From positions 1 through 64,000 of IMG/VR virus record IMGVR_UViG_3300025653_000030: a stretch of DNA of 64,000 nt. The stretch is one strand, 5' to 3'. Of this stretch, positions 44,962 through 54,489 are shown one piece after another (the stretch's first letter is position 1; each line of letters starts with the position of its first letter). The translations under genes were made by a program, and so were the position numbers. The notes below the pieces were generated by a model. The model was not told where the DNA came from, did no database searches, and saw only the letters and a list, made by a program, of their open reading frames with translations. The DNA comes from a virus. Its lineage: Duplodnaviria > Caudoviricetes.

Positions 44962-45378
44962 ATGAGTACAGATTTTGAATTATTTCCTGGCAAAAACTTA
45001 AGTGGATTGTTTAAAGATATCTACGATAATCAACAAAACAAGAAACAAAGAATCTCAGAACTAATTGCTGAAATGAAAAAAGTAATTAGACATGCTGGAG
45101 ATATGGCCGTAATTGGTCCAATCATAAAAGATTTAGTTGATACTTCGGTTAAGAATGATGATGCTCTTATTAAGATGGCAGCAATTGCTCAAAGAATTAT
45201 TGGTGCTCAACATAAGGCAGAAGGAGATGCTGGGTTCTTATCAGATGAAGAAAAAGAACAACTTTTAAAACAATTAGATGAAACTATTGCTGAAGTTGCT
45301 GATGAGCAAGAAATAAAAGTTGATGAACTTACAAACGAAATAGAAGAACTGAAACAGAAGGTAAAAACAAATGAGTAG
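44962..45378 (+). CDS. Hypothetical coiled-coil protein heading the structural operon
   Basis: 138-aa helical ORF. Confidence 0.65.
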   Translation: MSTDFELFPGKNLSGLFKDIYDNQQNKKQRISELIAEMKKVIRHAGDMAVIGPIIKDLVDTSVKNDDALIKMAAIAQRIIGAQHKAEGDAGFLSDEEKEQLLKQLDETIAEVADEQEIKVDELTNEIEELKQKVKTNE

Positions 45379-46576
45379 ATTAACACAAGCAAATCAAGTT
45401 GTAACTCCATCTGTTAGAAAAAAAGTTTTAATTGGAATAGTTATCGATGTTGTTACAAATGATGAACATCCAATTATAACTGAACCTGCTAAAACATTTC
45501 TTGTAGGAGCAGCTAAAATTAGAAGAGTAGATGATACTTCATCATCACCAAATCAATTAAGATACTATCAACCACATGACCATTCAAATTTAGATTTACC
45601 TATTGTTGGTGAAACTGTTGAGTTGATAGAAAGAAACAATGCAACAATTGTTTACAGAAGAATAGGAAACAATCAACCTAATAGTGGTAACTTTACACCC
45701 AAAGTAGATAAAGTAGTAAACCCATTTAATGATGATAGTGAAACTGGTGGAGATTATGCAGCTTCATCACAAACAGGTACACCATCATCAAGTGGTGGGG
45801 GTGGGGAATCTGAATTTAAAAATCAATACTTTGAATCAACTCAAGTTAACCCATTAAATCTCTATGAGGGAGATAAAATTATACAAGGTAGATTTGGTCA
45901 ATCAATTAGATTTAGTGGATATAATAATGTTGATAATGTTTTAGCTCCAACAATTATTATAAGAAACAGACAAGGGCAAAAATCACTTGATGAAACACAA
46001 GGAGAACCCACTAAACCTATTTATGAAAATATTATTGATGATGGTTCAACTATCATATTAACAAGTGGAGAACATTTATTAGAATTTGCACCAGGTACAT
46101 TAGATACTCCATTAGAAACAGAACCAATATATGCAGAAGAACCTGAACTTAAGGGAACAGACCAAACATTAATTAATAGTGGTAGAATTATATTATCATC
46201 AAAGGATTCTGAAATGTTATTTTACTCAAAAGGAAATTATTCATTTATATCAGATGGTAAACTTACAATAGATAATGGATTAGATGGAGCTGAAATAGAT
46301 TTAAATGGTGAGTATAGAACCACTACTAATGATAACAATATGTACTTCTTAGGTGGTACTGGTGAGATATATCTTAATACAGAAGAAACAACAGAACCTT
46401 TAGTAAGAGGAGAAACCTTAAAGGGTTTGATGGAACAATTAATTGATGCAATTAATGCACAAGTATTCTCTACTCCATGTGGGCCAACTGCAGTAGGGCC
46501 GAATAACAGAGGTGATTTCAATAAAATAAAATCTAAATTAGTAGAATTCCTATCAACTCTTAATTATACGGAGTAA
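45371..46576 (+). CDS. Baseplate hub/spike protein (gp5-like)
   Basis: N-terminal OB-like segment (LPIVGETV), GDKIIQGRFGQSIRFS, beta-rich C-terminus ending TPCGPT; upstream of a gp25-like gene. Confidence 0.55.
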   Translation: MSRLTQANQVVTPSVRKKVLIGIVIDVVTNDEHPIITEPAKTFLVGAAKIRRVDDTSSSPNQLRYYQPHDHSNLDLPIVGETVELIERNNATIVYRRIGNNQPNSGNFTPKVDKVVNPFNDDSETGGDYAASSQTGTPSSSGGGGESEFKNQYFESTQVNPLNLYEGDKIIQGRFGQSIRFSGYNNVDNVLAPTIIIRNRQGQKSLDETQGEPTKPIYENIIDDGSTIILTSGEHLLEFAPGTLDTPLETEPIYAEEPELKGTDQTLINSGRIILSSKDSEMLFYSKGNYSFISDGKLTIDNGLDGAEIDLNGEYRTTTNDNNMYFLGGTGEIYLNTEETTEPLVRGETLKGLMEQLIDAINAQVFSTPCGPTAVGPNNRGDFNKIKSKLVEFLSTLNYTE

Positions 46577-46578
46577 TT

Positions 46579-47142
46579 ATGTCTTTCGCAATATTCAAAC
46601 AAAGTATGTTATCATACATGAGTAATCAAGAAAGTATAGAATCATACGATGATTTTGCAGCTAAGATTACCAAAGAGTATGATATGTGTATCAAGAGAGG
46701 ATTACAAACTATAAATCAAATTCCCATTCAGAAAGGTAACAACAATCTAATGGAAACTTTAGTTAAAGTTGCTTGTGCAACTGCATTAGGTAAAAAGGAT
46801 GGGTTACATACTTTTGGAGATGATATTGGTAAAGGGGTAGTTGGATATTGGACAGGAGCTGTATTAGTAACTGGTATCCCACCAGTAATTCCAGCACCTG
46901 GTTCTATGTTAAACATTTCAACAACATCAGCACCTGTAACTGTACCTGGTACTTGGTCACCAATCGGCCCATTAAACCCAACCGATAATATAGGTTTATT
47001 TCTTGATAGATTAATTGCACATATGCAAATTCATATAACAACAGTACAAGGAATTTATGTAACAACTTCTTTATATCCTGGTGCACCACCATTTGTTGCA
47101 CCTGGTATTTTAAATTGGACTGGGTTTACAATACCAGGATAG
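46579..47142 (+). CDS. Putative baseplate-associated protein
   Basis: Position in the baseplate operon; Pro/Gly-rich. Confidence 0.55.
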   Translation: MSFAIFKQSMLSYMSNQESIESYDDFAAKITKEYDMCIKRGLQTINQIPIQKGNNNLMETLVKVACATALGKKDGLHTFGDDIGKGVVGYWTGAVLVTGIPPVIPAPGSMLNISTTSAPVTVPGTWSPIGPLNPTDNIGLFLDRLIAHMQIHITTVQGIYVTTSLYPGAPPFVAPGILNWTGFTIPG

Positions 47143-47187
47143 ATAAAAATGATAAAGATATATTTATATTAAGAACAATAGATTTCA

Positions 47188-47778
47188 ATGATGAATAACA
47201 AACAATTAATTAAAGTAATAAAGACACTTGTTGAGGCCGAGGTTGCCAAACGACAAGAACATTTTTTGTCTAAAACATTCCCAAAGATTTTAGATGAAGA
47301 AGTTAAGAAACGATTAGCAGAGGTGAAAGGAGGTGTAGTCAGCGTTCCCTCTCCGCAGGTAACTGAGGAGGATGTAATAGACCCATTCGAACAAGCAGAA
47401 TTGGCTTTACAAGAACAAAGACGAGCACCACAAAAACAATTCACCAAGAATCCAGTATTGAATGAGGTTTTAAATCAAACAAAGCCGTTCACTAAGGCAC
47501 AAAGACAAGGTGGACCAGCAGGTAGAAAATCTGTTTTAGATAATTTACCACAACAAGAACCTATTCAAGAAAGTATGGATAAGACAGTTACATTTACATC
47601 ACAAGGAGCAGGAGCAGGAATCGGAGGTATGAGAGCTCAAATGGCATCTAAGATGGGATATGGTGATGTATCAAGAGGGCCAAGTAAACAAGGTTTGGGA
47701 GTAAAAACAGGTTTACCAGGTCTTGATAAAATATTAAATAGAGATAATTCTGAACTTGTAAAAAAGTTCAAAAGATAA
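47188..47778 (+). CDS. Hypothetical late protein
   Basis: TATTTATA at 47161; KNPVLNEVLNQT motif. Confidence 0.6.
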   Translation: MMNNKQLIKVIKTLVEAEVAKRQEHFLSKTFPKILDEEVKKRLAEVKGGVVSVPSPQVTEEDVIDPFEQAELALQEQRRAPQKQFTKNPVLNEVLNQTKPFTKAQRQGGPAGRKSVLDNLPQQEPIQESMDKTVTFTSQGAGAGIGGMRAQMASKMGYGDVSRGPSKQGLGVKTGLPGLDKILNRDNSELVKKFKR

Positions 47779-47788
47779 GGAGTAGTTA

Positions 47789-48220
47789 GTGGCTTATATT
47801 CTTAACAAGAAGTTAGTAAAAGATACTGAAGAGTTTAGTAACTCGGCGTATGGAATTACTTTACCTGTACAGAGAGGTGGTAATGGATACTTTAATCAAG
47901 CATTCACTTCATTTGAGCAGGCAAAAAGTAATTTAAAAAATTTACTACTTACTCGAAAGGGAGAAAGAATATTTCAGCCAAACTTTGGTACTGGTCTTCA
48001 TGAGTTGTTATTTGAACAACTTACTGATGATTTAGAATCGAAGTTAGAAAGTGTAGTTACTGATAGTGTAAACTTTTGGTTACCATACATTGATATTGAT
48101 GAAATTGAAGTAACAATGACAGATGATATGAAGGATATGAATAAAGCTGAAATGTCTATTCAATTCTCAGTAGCTGGACAACCAGAAACTCAAGAAATAA
48201 CATTTACAGTAGGGGAATAA
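47789..48220 (+). CDS. Baseplate wedge protein (gp25-like)
   Basis: QAKSNLKNLLLTRKGERIFQPNFGTGL..FWLPYI; GTG start. Confidence 0.9.
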   Translation: MAYILNKKLVKDTEEFSNSAYGITLPVQRGGNGYFNQAFTSFEQAKSNLKNLLLTRKGERIFQPNFGTGLHELLFEQLTDDLESKLESVVTDSVNFWLPYIDIDEIEVTMTDDMKDMNKAEMSIQFSVAGQPETQEITFTVGE

Positions 48221-48226
48221 TAAAAG

Positions 48227-50239
48227 ATGGCTTTAAATAGTATAACAAAGAAAACAAATTCTAATAGAGATATAAAATATCTTAATAAGGATTTCTCTAA
48301 ATTCAGAGAAAACCTAATTGAGTATGCTAAAACCTATTTCCCACAAACATATTCTGATTTTAATGAAGCATCACCAGGTATGATGTTTATTGAAATGGCA
48401 TCTTATGTAGGAGATGTTCTTTCATATTATACTGATGATACTTTAAAAGAATCAATGATGTTATATGCTGAAGATAAAGAGAATGTTATCGCATTGGCAG
48501 AATATCTTGGATACAAATCAAAAGTAACATCACCAGCAATTGCTAAATTAGCAGTTTACCAAACTGTACCAGCAACCGGTACTGGTGTAGATGTTAGACC
48601 AGATGAAGATTACTACTTAAGAATCAAAGAAGGAATGGTTATCAAATCAAATGATGCACAATCTTTGTTTAGAACAACTGAACTATTAGATTTTGCAGTT
48701 GAAGATGATAGAGAGATAACAATATATAGAAGTGATAGTGGAACTCCTACAACATATCTTGTAAAAAAATATGTAAATGCTATTTCTGCTGAACTTAGAA
48801 GTATCACATTTGATTTTGGAACTACTGCTAAACAATTTTCAAAAGTAGATTTGGGTGATGATAATGTAATTGATATTTACGATGTAAGAGATTCAAATGG
48901 AAACAAGTGGTACAAAGTTCCTTACTTAGCACAAGAAATGGTTTATGTTGATTACCCTAACTCTGAACAAAATGATAAAGATTTAGCACAATTCAAAGAT
49001 TCAGTACCAAACATTTTAAAGGTAATAAAAACATCTCGTAGATTTACTACAAAAATAAATGAAGATAATACTACTTCACTTGTATTTGGTGGAGGTTCTG
49101 CTGCAAATGATGAAACACTTATTCCTAATTTTAAAAATGTAGGATTAGGATTAAACTCATCTATTGATAGATTGGGTTCTTCATTTGACCCATCAAACTT
49201 CTTAAAAAGTAAAACATATGGACAAGCACCAACAGGTGAGTTTACAATTTCTTACTTAGTAGGTGGTGGTGTTTCTGCAAATGTGGGAACTGGTCAATTA
49301 AATAATATTGAAACTATTTCATTCGATGAAGATAGAAAAGTATTCACCGAATCAGAAACTACATTGTACAATCAATCAAAAGCTTCAGTAGCGTGTGATA
49401 ACGAAGAACCAGCAACTGGTGGTAGAGGTCCTGAAACTATTGATGAGATACGAGAAAATGCATTAGCAAACTTTGGTTCACAGAATAGAGCAGTAACAAG
49501 AAAAGATTATCAAGTTAGAGCACTTGCTTTACCTCCAAAGTTTGGTGGTATTGCAAAAGCATTTTGTGCACCTGATGGGGAATTAGATAATAACTCTCCA
49601 AGTTCAATACTAAATAATCCTGATTCATTAGAAGAATTTGCAGGATTAGTTCAAGGACTAAACGACAAAAAATTATCAGAACAAGAAATTAAAGATGAAC
49701 TTGTAAAATTCTTAGGTGCTAAAAAAGGAAATTCAACTGAAAAGAATAATCCATTTGCGATTAACCTTTATATATTAGGATATGATTCAAATAAAAATTT
49801 ATCTACATTAAACAGAGCGGTTAAAGAAAACTTAAAAACATATATTAGTGAATATAGATTGTTAACTGATGGTGTGAATCTTTTAGATGGATTCATTATA
49901 AACATTGGTGTTGACTTTGAGATTAGAGTATATGGTGGATATAACAAAAGAGAAGTTTTAACAAAAGTACAAAACGAATTATCAAAATATTTTAATATAG
50001 ATAATTGGACATTCAATATGGCTATCAATATTTCCGAAATAGAATTATTGATTGCAGGAGTTGAGGGAGTACAGTCAGTACCTAAGTGTGAAATTACTAA
50101 CAAATGTTTAGGAAACTATTCATCACATTCATACAACATATCAGATGCAACAAAGGGTAAAATGGTTTATCCATCTTTAGACCCATCTGTATTTGAAGTT
50201 AAGTTTCCTAACAAAGATATAAGAGGGAGGGTTATCTAA
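48227..50239 (+). CDS. Baseplate wedge protein (gp6/baseplate-J-like)
   Basis: YLNKDF..YSDFNEASPGMMFIEMASYVGDVLSYY; QNRAVTRKDY. Confidence 0.88.
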   Translation: MALNSITKKTNSNRDIKYLNKDFSKFRENLIEYAKTYFPQTYSDFNEASPGMMFIEMASYVGDVLSYYTDDTLKESMMLYAEDKENVIALAEYLGYKSKVTSPAIAKLAVYQTVPATGTGVDVRPDEDYYLRIKEGMVIKSNDAQSLFRTTELLDFAVEDDREITIYRSDSGTPTTYLVKKYVNAISAELRSITFDFGTTAKQFSKVDLGDDNVIDIYDVRDSNGNKWYKVPYLAQEMVYVDYPNSEQNDKDLAQFKDSVPNILKVIKTSRRFTTKINEDNTTSLVFGGGSAANDETLIPNFKNVGLGLNSSIDRLGSSFDPSNFLKSKTYGQAPTGEFTISYLVGGGVSANVGTGQLNNIETISFDEDRKVFTESETTLYNQSKASVACDNEEPATGGRGPETIDEIRENALANFGSQNRAVTRKDYQVRALALPPKFGGIAKAFCAPDGELDNNSPSSILNNPDSLEEFAGLVQGLNDKKLSEQEIKDELVKFLGAKKGNSTEKNNPFAINLYILGYDSNKNLSTLNRAVKENLKTYISEYRLLTDGVNLLDGFIINIGVDFEIRVYGGYNKREVLTKVQNELSKYFNIDNWTFNMAINISEIELLIAGVEGVQSVPKCEITNKCLGNYSSHSYNISDATKGKMVYPSLDPSVFEVKFPNKDIRGRVI

Positions 50240-51300
50240 TGTATTATTTCGTAACAGCATCAAAAGATGCATCAATATACTTACAACAACCAACTCAGAA
50301 TACTGGTTTTGATGAGATATTAGAAATATCAAAAACTTATTATGGTAGTTTAAAAGATATTTCTCGTTCTCTTATACAATTCGATATAAATTCTGTATCA
50401 CAATCAGTTGCAAGTGGAGATATAACCGCTTCATCTGCCGAGTTAGTAATTAGAGAATGTGAATCAATTGAAATACCTGTTAACTATTCTATCTATGCAT
50501 ATCCTGTATCCGAATCTTGGGATATGGGAATCGGAACAAGGTTTGATGATATATCAACTGATGGTTGTAGTTGGAATAAAAGAAATTCATCTACTGATTG
50601 GTTAGTTGGTTCTGCATCTTTAGAAAGTTCTGGCTCATTTAATGGTAAGGGGGGAATGTGGTTTACTGGCTCATTTGCTACACAATCATTCTCATATGAA
50701 TCAAGTGATATAGTAATGGATGTATCCGAATCTGTATCATCATGGATTGATGGTGATTTACCAAACAATGGATTTATATTAAAACACGATTCATCTTTAG
50801 AAAATGATACTGAAGATTATGGTCAATTAAAATTCTTTTCAAAAGAAACAAATACTATTTACCAACCTAAGTTAAGAATTGGTTGGGATGATTCTACTTA
50901 CAATACTGGTTCATTAACTGAACTTACCGCTGATGATATTCATGTAACATTCAAAAGATTAAAAACCAGATATAAGAGAGGAAGTAAACCTACAATCAGA
51001 GTTTTTGCAAGAGAGAAATATCCTCTTAAAACTTACACCAATACATATTCTTACAATGATGTAAAGTATTTACCCTCAACTGTTTACTATCAAATAAAAG
51101 ATATTATAACAGATGAGGTGATAGTACCATTCCATGATGATTATACTAAAGTCAGTTGTGATGCAAATGGGCACTTTTTTAAATTAAATTTACAAAATTG
51201 GGAAATAAATAGAGATTATTATATTGAAATAAAAATAAATAGAAATGGTGTGGTTGAATACTTTGAAGATAAGGATTTAACTTTCACAGTAGAATTATAA
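50239..51300 (+). CDS. Virion structural protein with a DNRLRE-like N-terminal domain
   Basis: KDASIY..QNTGFDEILE..RSLIQFD..QPKL pattern. Confidence 0.6.
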   Translation: MYYFVTASKDASIYLQQPTQNTGFDEILEISKTYYGSLKDISRSLIQFDINSVSQSVASGDITASSAELVIRECESIEIPVNYSIYAYPVSESWDMGIGTRFDDISTDGCSWNKRNSSTDWLVGSASLESSGSFNGKGGMWFTGSFATQSFSYESSDIVMDVSESVSSWIDGDLPNNGFILKHDSSLENDTEDYGQLKFFSKETNTIYQPKLRIGWDDSTYNTGSLTELTADDIHVTFKRLKTRYKRGSKPTIRVFAREKYPLKTYTNTYSYNDVKYLPSTVYYQIKDIITDEVIVPFHDDYTKVSCDANGHFFKLNLQNWEINRDYYIEIKINRNGVVEYFEDKDLTFTVEL

Positions 51301-51301
51301 A

Positions 51302-52576
51302 ATGGCATTACAAGATAAATTTAGATTAAACGAACTTGTTAGTAAAGGTTCAAAAGCTATACCACGAGATAAATCTGGTGGTCTTGTTGTGCGTAAAAAA
51401 GATGAAAGACCAATTCCATCTCATCTTAAAAACGAAGAAGCTAAAAAGTTTGTTGACCTTAAAAGAAAAAAGTTACCAATACCTCCTTCTATTATTAAAA
51501 AACCAAAAAGAGATATTCCCTTTGGATTAAAACCAATTAAGGGTAAACAAATATCTCCAAAATATAAATCAGATTGGGTAGATACTGATGAGTTTGAAAA
51601 GATTAATGAAGAACAAGAATCATTTGGAGGAGAAACTGCAGGATACTTAGAAAAACCAACTTATAACGAAGAAGAACTTAAGAAAGCGGTTGATGTTGAG
51701 GTTGATGAATTAATTAAAAAGAAAAAACCCCAAAAGGGTCCGTATATTCTTTTAAAGAAATATAATGATTTACAAGCTCTTTACGATGCTAAAGTAGATG
51801 AAGTAGAAGATTTAAGAAAACAATTAGATGAAGCAAATTCAGAGATAACTGCTTTAATAGGTGAAGTAGAATCACTAAGAGTACAATTAGATTCTGCTGA
51901 ATTACAAAGAGCGGCATCTGAAAATGAAACACAAGTTGCAAATGAAAGATATGCTAAACTATTAGAAGATTTCCAACAAGCACTTATCAAAGGTACAAAA
52001 GAAGGTATTGAAAGAGTTTCATTAACTGCTCAAGTAAGAGGTTTACAGGCACAGAAAGCAACACTTGTAGAACAAGTTAAACTTGCAGATAGAATAGAAC
52101 AACAAGAAGAAGAAGCACAAGCAAGTACTGCAGATGCAATGGCGGCGGCTGAAGGTGCAGTACAATCGGGTGATTCTGCTTACAAAGTTACAAACAGAAC
52201 AACCGAAGATTATGATTTCAGATTCCAATCACTTAGAAAATCTGCAGGATGGACTAAGAATGGAAATAAATTAGAATTACTTAACTTAGATAATGAAAAA
52301 GAAGTAAGTTATTCAATCACAGTTAAAGCTAAAAGTGGTGGACATGGTTCACCATGGATTGGGTTCAGTCCAGCAAGTGGAACTATTCCAAAGAGAAGTG
52401 GTACTAATCCTGGTGTAGTTGGAGGTATAACTGCATCTAAAATAAGAAATGTTAGGTCACCAAAAGGTAGAAAGAAAACATTTGAAGATGAAGTAACAAT
52501 TAAAATAGGTGATAAAACATTAACAGCAAAAGCATTGTTTTATAGAAAACGAAGAAAAAAAGGTAAGAGTAACTAA
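51302..52576 (+). CDS. Coiled-coil structural protein
   Basis: Long heptad region; position in the operon. Confidence 0.6.
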   Translation: MALQDKFRLNELVSKGSKAIPRDKSGGLVVRKKDERPIPSHLKNEEAKKFVDLKRKKLPIPPSIIKKPKRDIPFGLKPIKGKQISPKYKSDWVDTDEFEKINEEQESFGGETAGYLEKPTYNEEELKKAVDVEVDELIKKKKPQKGPYILLKKYNDLQALYDAKVDEVEDLRKQLDEANSEITALIGEVESLRVQLDSAELQRAASENETQVANERYAKLLEDFQQALIKGTKEGIERVSLTAQVRGLQAQKATLVEQVKLADRIEQQEEEAQASTADAMAAAEGAVQSGDSAYKVTNRTTEDYDFRFQSLRKSAGWTKNGNKLELLNLDNEKEVSYSITVKAKSGGHGSPWIGFSPASGTIPKRSGTNPGVVGGITASKIRNVRSPKGRKKTFEDEVTIKIGDKTLTAKALFYRKRRKKGKSN

Positions 52577-54489
52577 TGGCAATTCAAGGATTTAAAGATA
52601 TAATCGATAGAAGAGGCTACAAGGTAGAACTTGAAGATAGAAAGATATTTGAAAAAGAAATGTCTAAATCTAACTTTGGGTTAGGGTGCTCTGATATGAT
52701 TGAATTTATCTTATATGATGTAAGTGAAAACCAATTACCTCAAGGTGATGATGGTAAGATGGTTCGTTATATCAGTATAAATGATTCAAACATAAATGAA
52801 TACTTTATCTTATCTGATAATCCTAATACCAAAAAGAAAAACGATACACCAGAATTTATTGTTGATATTGAAAAACTAATTAGAGAGGCAGGATACAACA
52901 ATGGTATTTTCAAAACTCAAGTAACATTATTAAACAGAAGAGTTGGTACTGAAGGTGGTGATGGTGATAACTTATGGATACATGAAATATCTCCATCAAG
53001 AACTGAGATAAGAATTTTACCTAACAGAGCTAAAGGACAAAATGTAGATTTAGAACAAAGATATTCAATCCTTACAGACGGTAGAAACTTTAGAGATGAT
53101 ATTATTTATTATGTAAACACATATATAGAGAATTTAGATTTAGAAAAAATTCTTAATAACTTTTTATTTTCAAAAGGAAAAGAATCAGATGGTGTTCAAT
53201 ATATAAATCTTATTAAAAAAGAATTTAACATTTCAAGCTTTGAAGTTTTTATAAATAGAATCAAAACAAAGTTCATTGAATCCATGAAATACTATGTTAG
53301 AGGTGCAGAGTGGGATATCAATAATATAAACTTTGGTAAATCAAAAAATGATATTGATTGTGTTGAGTTATCTTTAAAACAAATACAGAGTGATGCACAA
53401 CAATCATTATTAAATTGTATTGAATTTTATTTACCAAAAAGAAATATACAAAAAGATAACATCCTAACTAAAGAACAACAAGTAACACTTGATAAGGTTA
53501 AACAAATATTAAAATCATCTACATCCAACTCAGTATATAATTCAACTGTACCTGATACAATAGAAGGAGTTGTACGAGGATGTAATGACCCAAGTGCTGA
53601 AAACTATAATCCATTAGCAAAAGAAAATGATGGAAGTTGTAGGTACAAAGAGGTGGAAGAAGAAATTATAATTAAAGGATGTACTAAATCAAATGCATTA
53701 AACTACAACCCAAAGGCTACACAAGATGATGGAAGTTGTAAATATAAAAATGAACCTGATTGTGTAACTAAAAAATATTATGTATGGTCTGCAACCGCAA
53801 ATATGAAGTGGAAACTGAATGGTCAAATCGGTGGTAACCAAAGAGGAGTTGAATACGATTCATTCTCAATTAAACATGATGTTGGTTCGTTTAAATTCGT
53901 AGGTGATGTTAGAGAAGTACCTAAACCAGTAACACAAGTACAAAGAACATTTAGATATGTTGTTACTAATGAAAATCACAAACCAAGATACAATCCTATA
54001 CCAAACCCATATGATTTCAAAAGAGGATTCTATGGTGCTGGTTCTGGCGTAGGTGATATGTTTGGTCAAGGAAGAATACCATTTGGAGATAGACCTAATC
54101 CATATTATGCAGATGAGGCACCGCCTGTATCAGTAACTTATATGGATGCACTTGGTAATAGAAAAACAAGTAGAATGTTAGCACCTGGTGATTCAACTAC
54201 AATATGTGCAAGAGAAGGTTCAGTAACACCTTCACCTGGTATAAGAATATCAAAAGGAGCAGTTTGTACTGGTGCAATTACACCACCAAAACCTCCAATT
54301 GTAAGAATAGAACCACCAAGACCTACACCATCTCGTGGAGGAGGTGGAGGCTTTCAAGTCACCGGAGGTGGTGGAGGAGGCGGAGGCTTTCAAGATGAGT
54401 TTATAGAAGTTGGGGATGAGAGTGTTAATCCATTCACAAGACCTGGCGATAGAACAGATAGAGCAGTATTTACAAGGAATTATTACTAA
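52576..54489 (+). CDS. Virion structural protein with GCxDxxAxNYNxxA..DGSC repeats
   Basis: IHEISPSRTEIRI motif; two Cys-bridged repeats; Gly/Pro-rich tail. Confidence 0.65.
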   Translation: MAIQGFKDIIDRRGYKVELEDRKIFEKEMSKSNFGLGCSDMIEFILYDVSENQLPQGDDGKMVRYISINDSNINEYFILSDNPNTKKKNDTPEFIVDIEKLIREAGYNNGIFKTQVTLLNRRVGTEGGDGDNLWIHEISPSRTEIRILPNRAKGQNVDLEQRYSILTDGRNFRDDIIYYVNTYIENLDLEKILNNFLFSKGKESDGVQYINLIKKEFNISSFEVFINRIKTKFIESMKYYVRGAEWDINNINFGKSKNDIDCVELSLKQIQSDAQQSLLNCIEFYLPKRNIQKDNILTKEQQVTLDKVKQILKSSTSNSVYNSTVPDTIEGVVRGCNDPSAENYNPLAKENDGSCRYKEVEEEIIIKGCTKSNALNYNPKATQDDGSCKYKNEPDCVTKKYYVWSATANMKWKLNGQIGGNQRGVEYDSFSIKHDVGSFKFVGDVREVPKPVTQVQRTFRYVVTNENHKPRYNPIPNPYDFKRGFYGAGSGVGDMFGQGRIPFGDRPNPYYADEAPPVSVTYMDALGNRKTSRMLAPGDSTTICAREGSVTPSPGIRISKGAVCTGAITPPKPPIVRIEPPRPTPSRGGGGGFQVTGGGGGGGGFQDEFIEVGDESVNPFTRPGDRTDRAVFTRNYY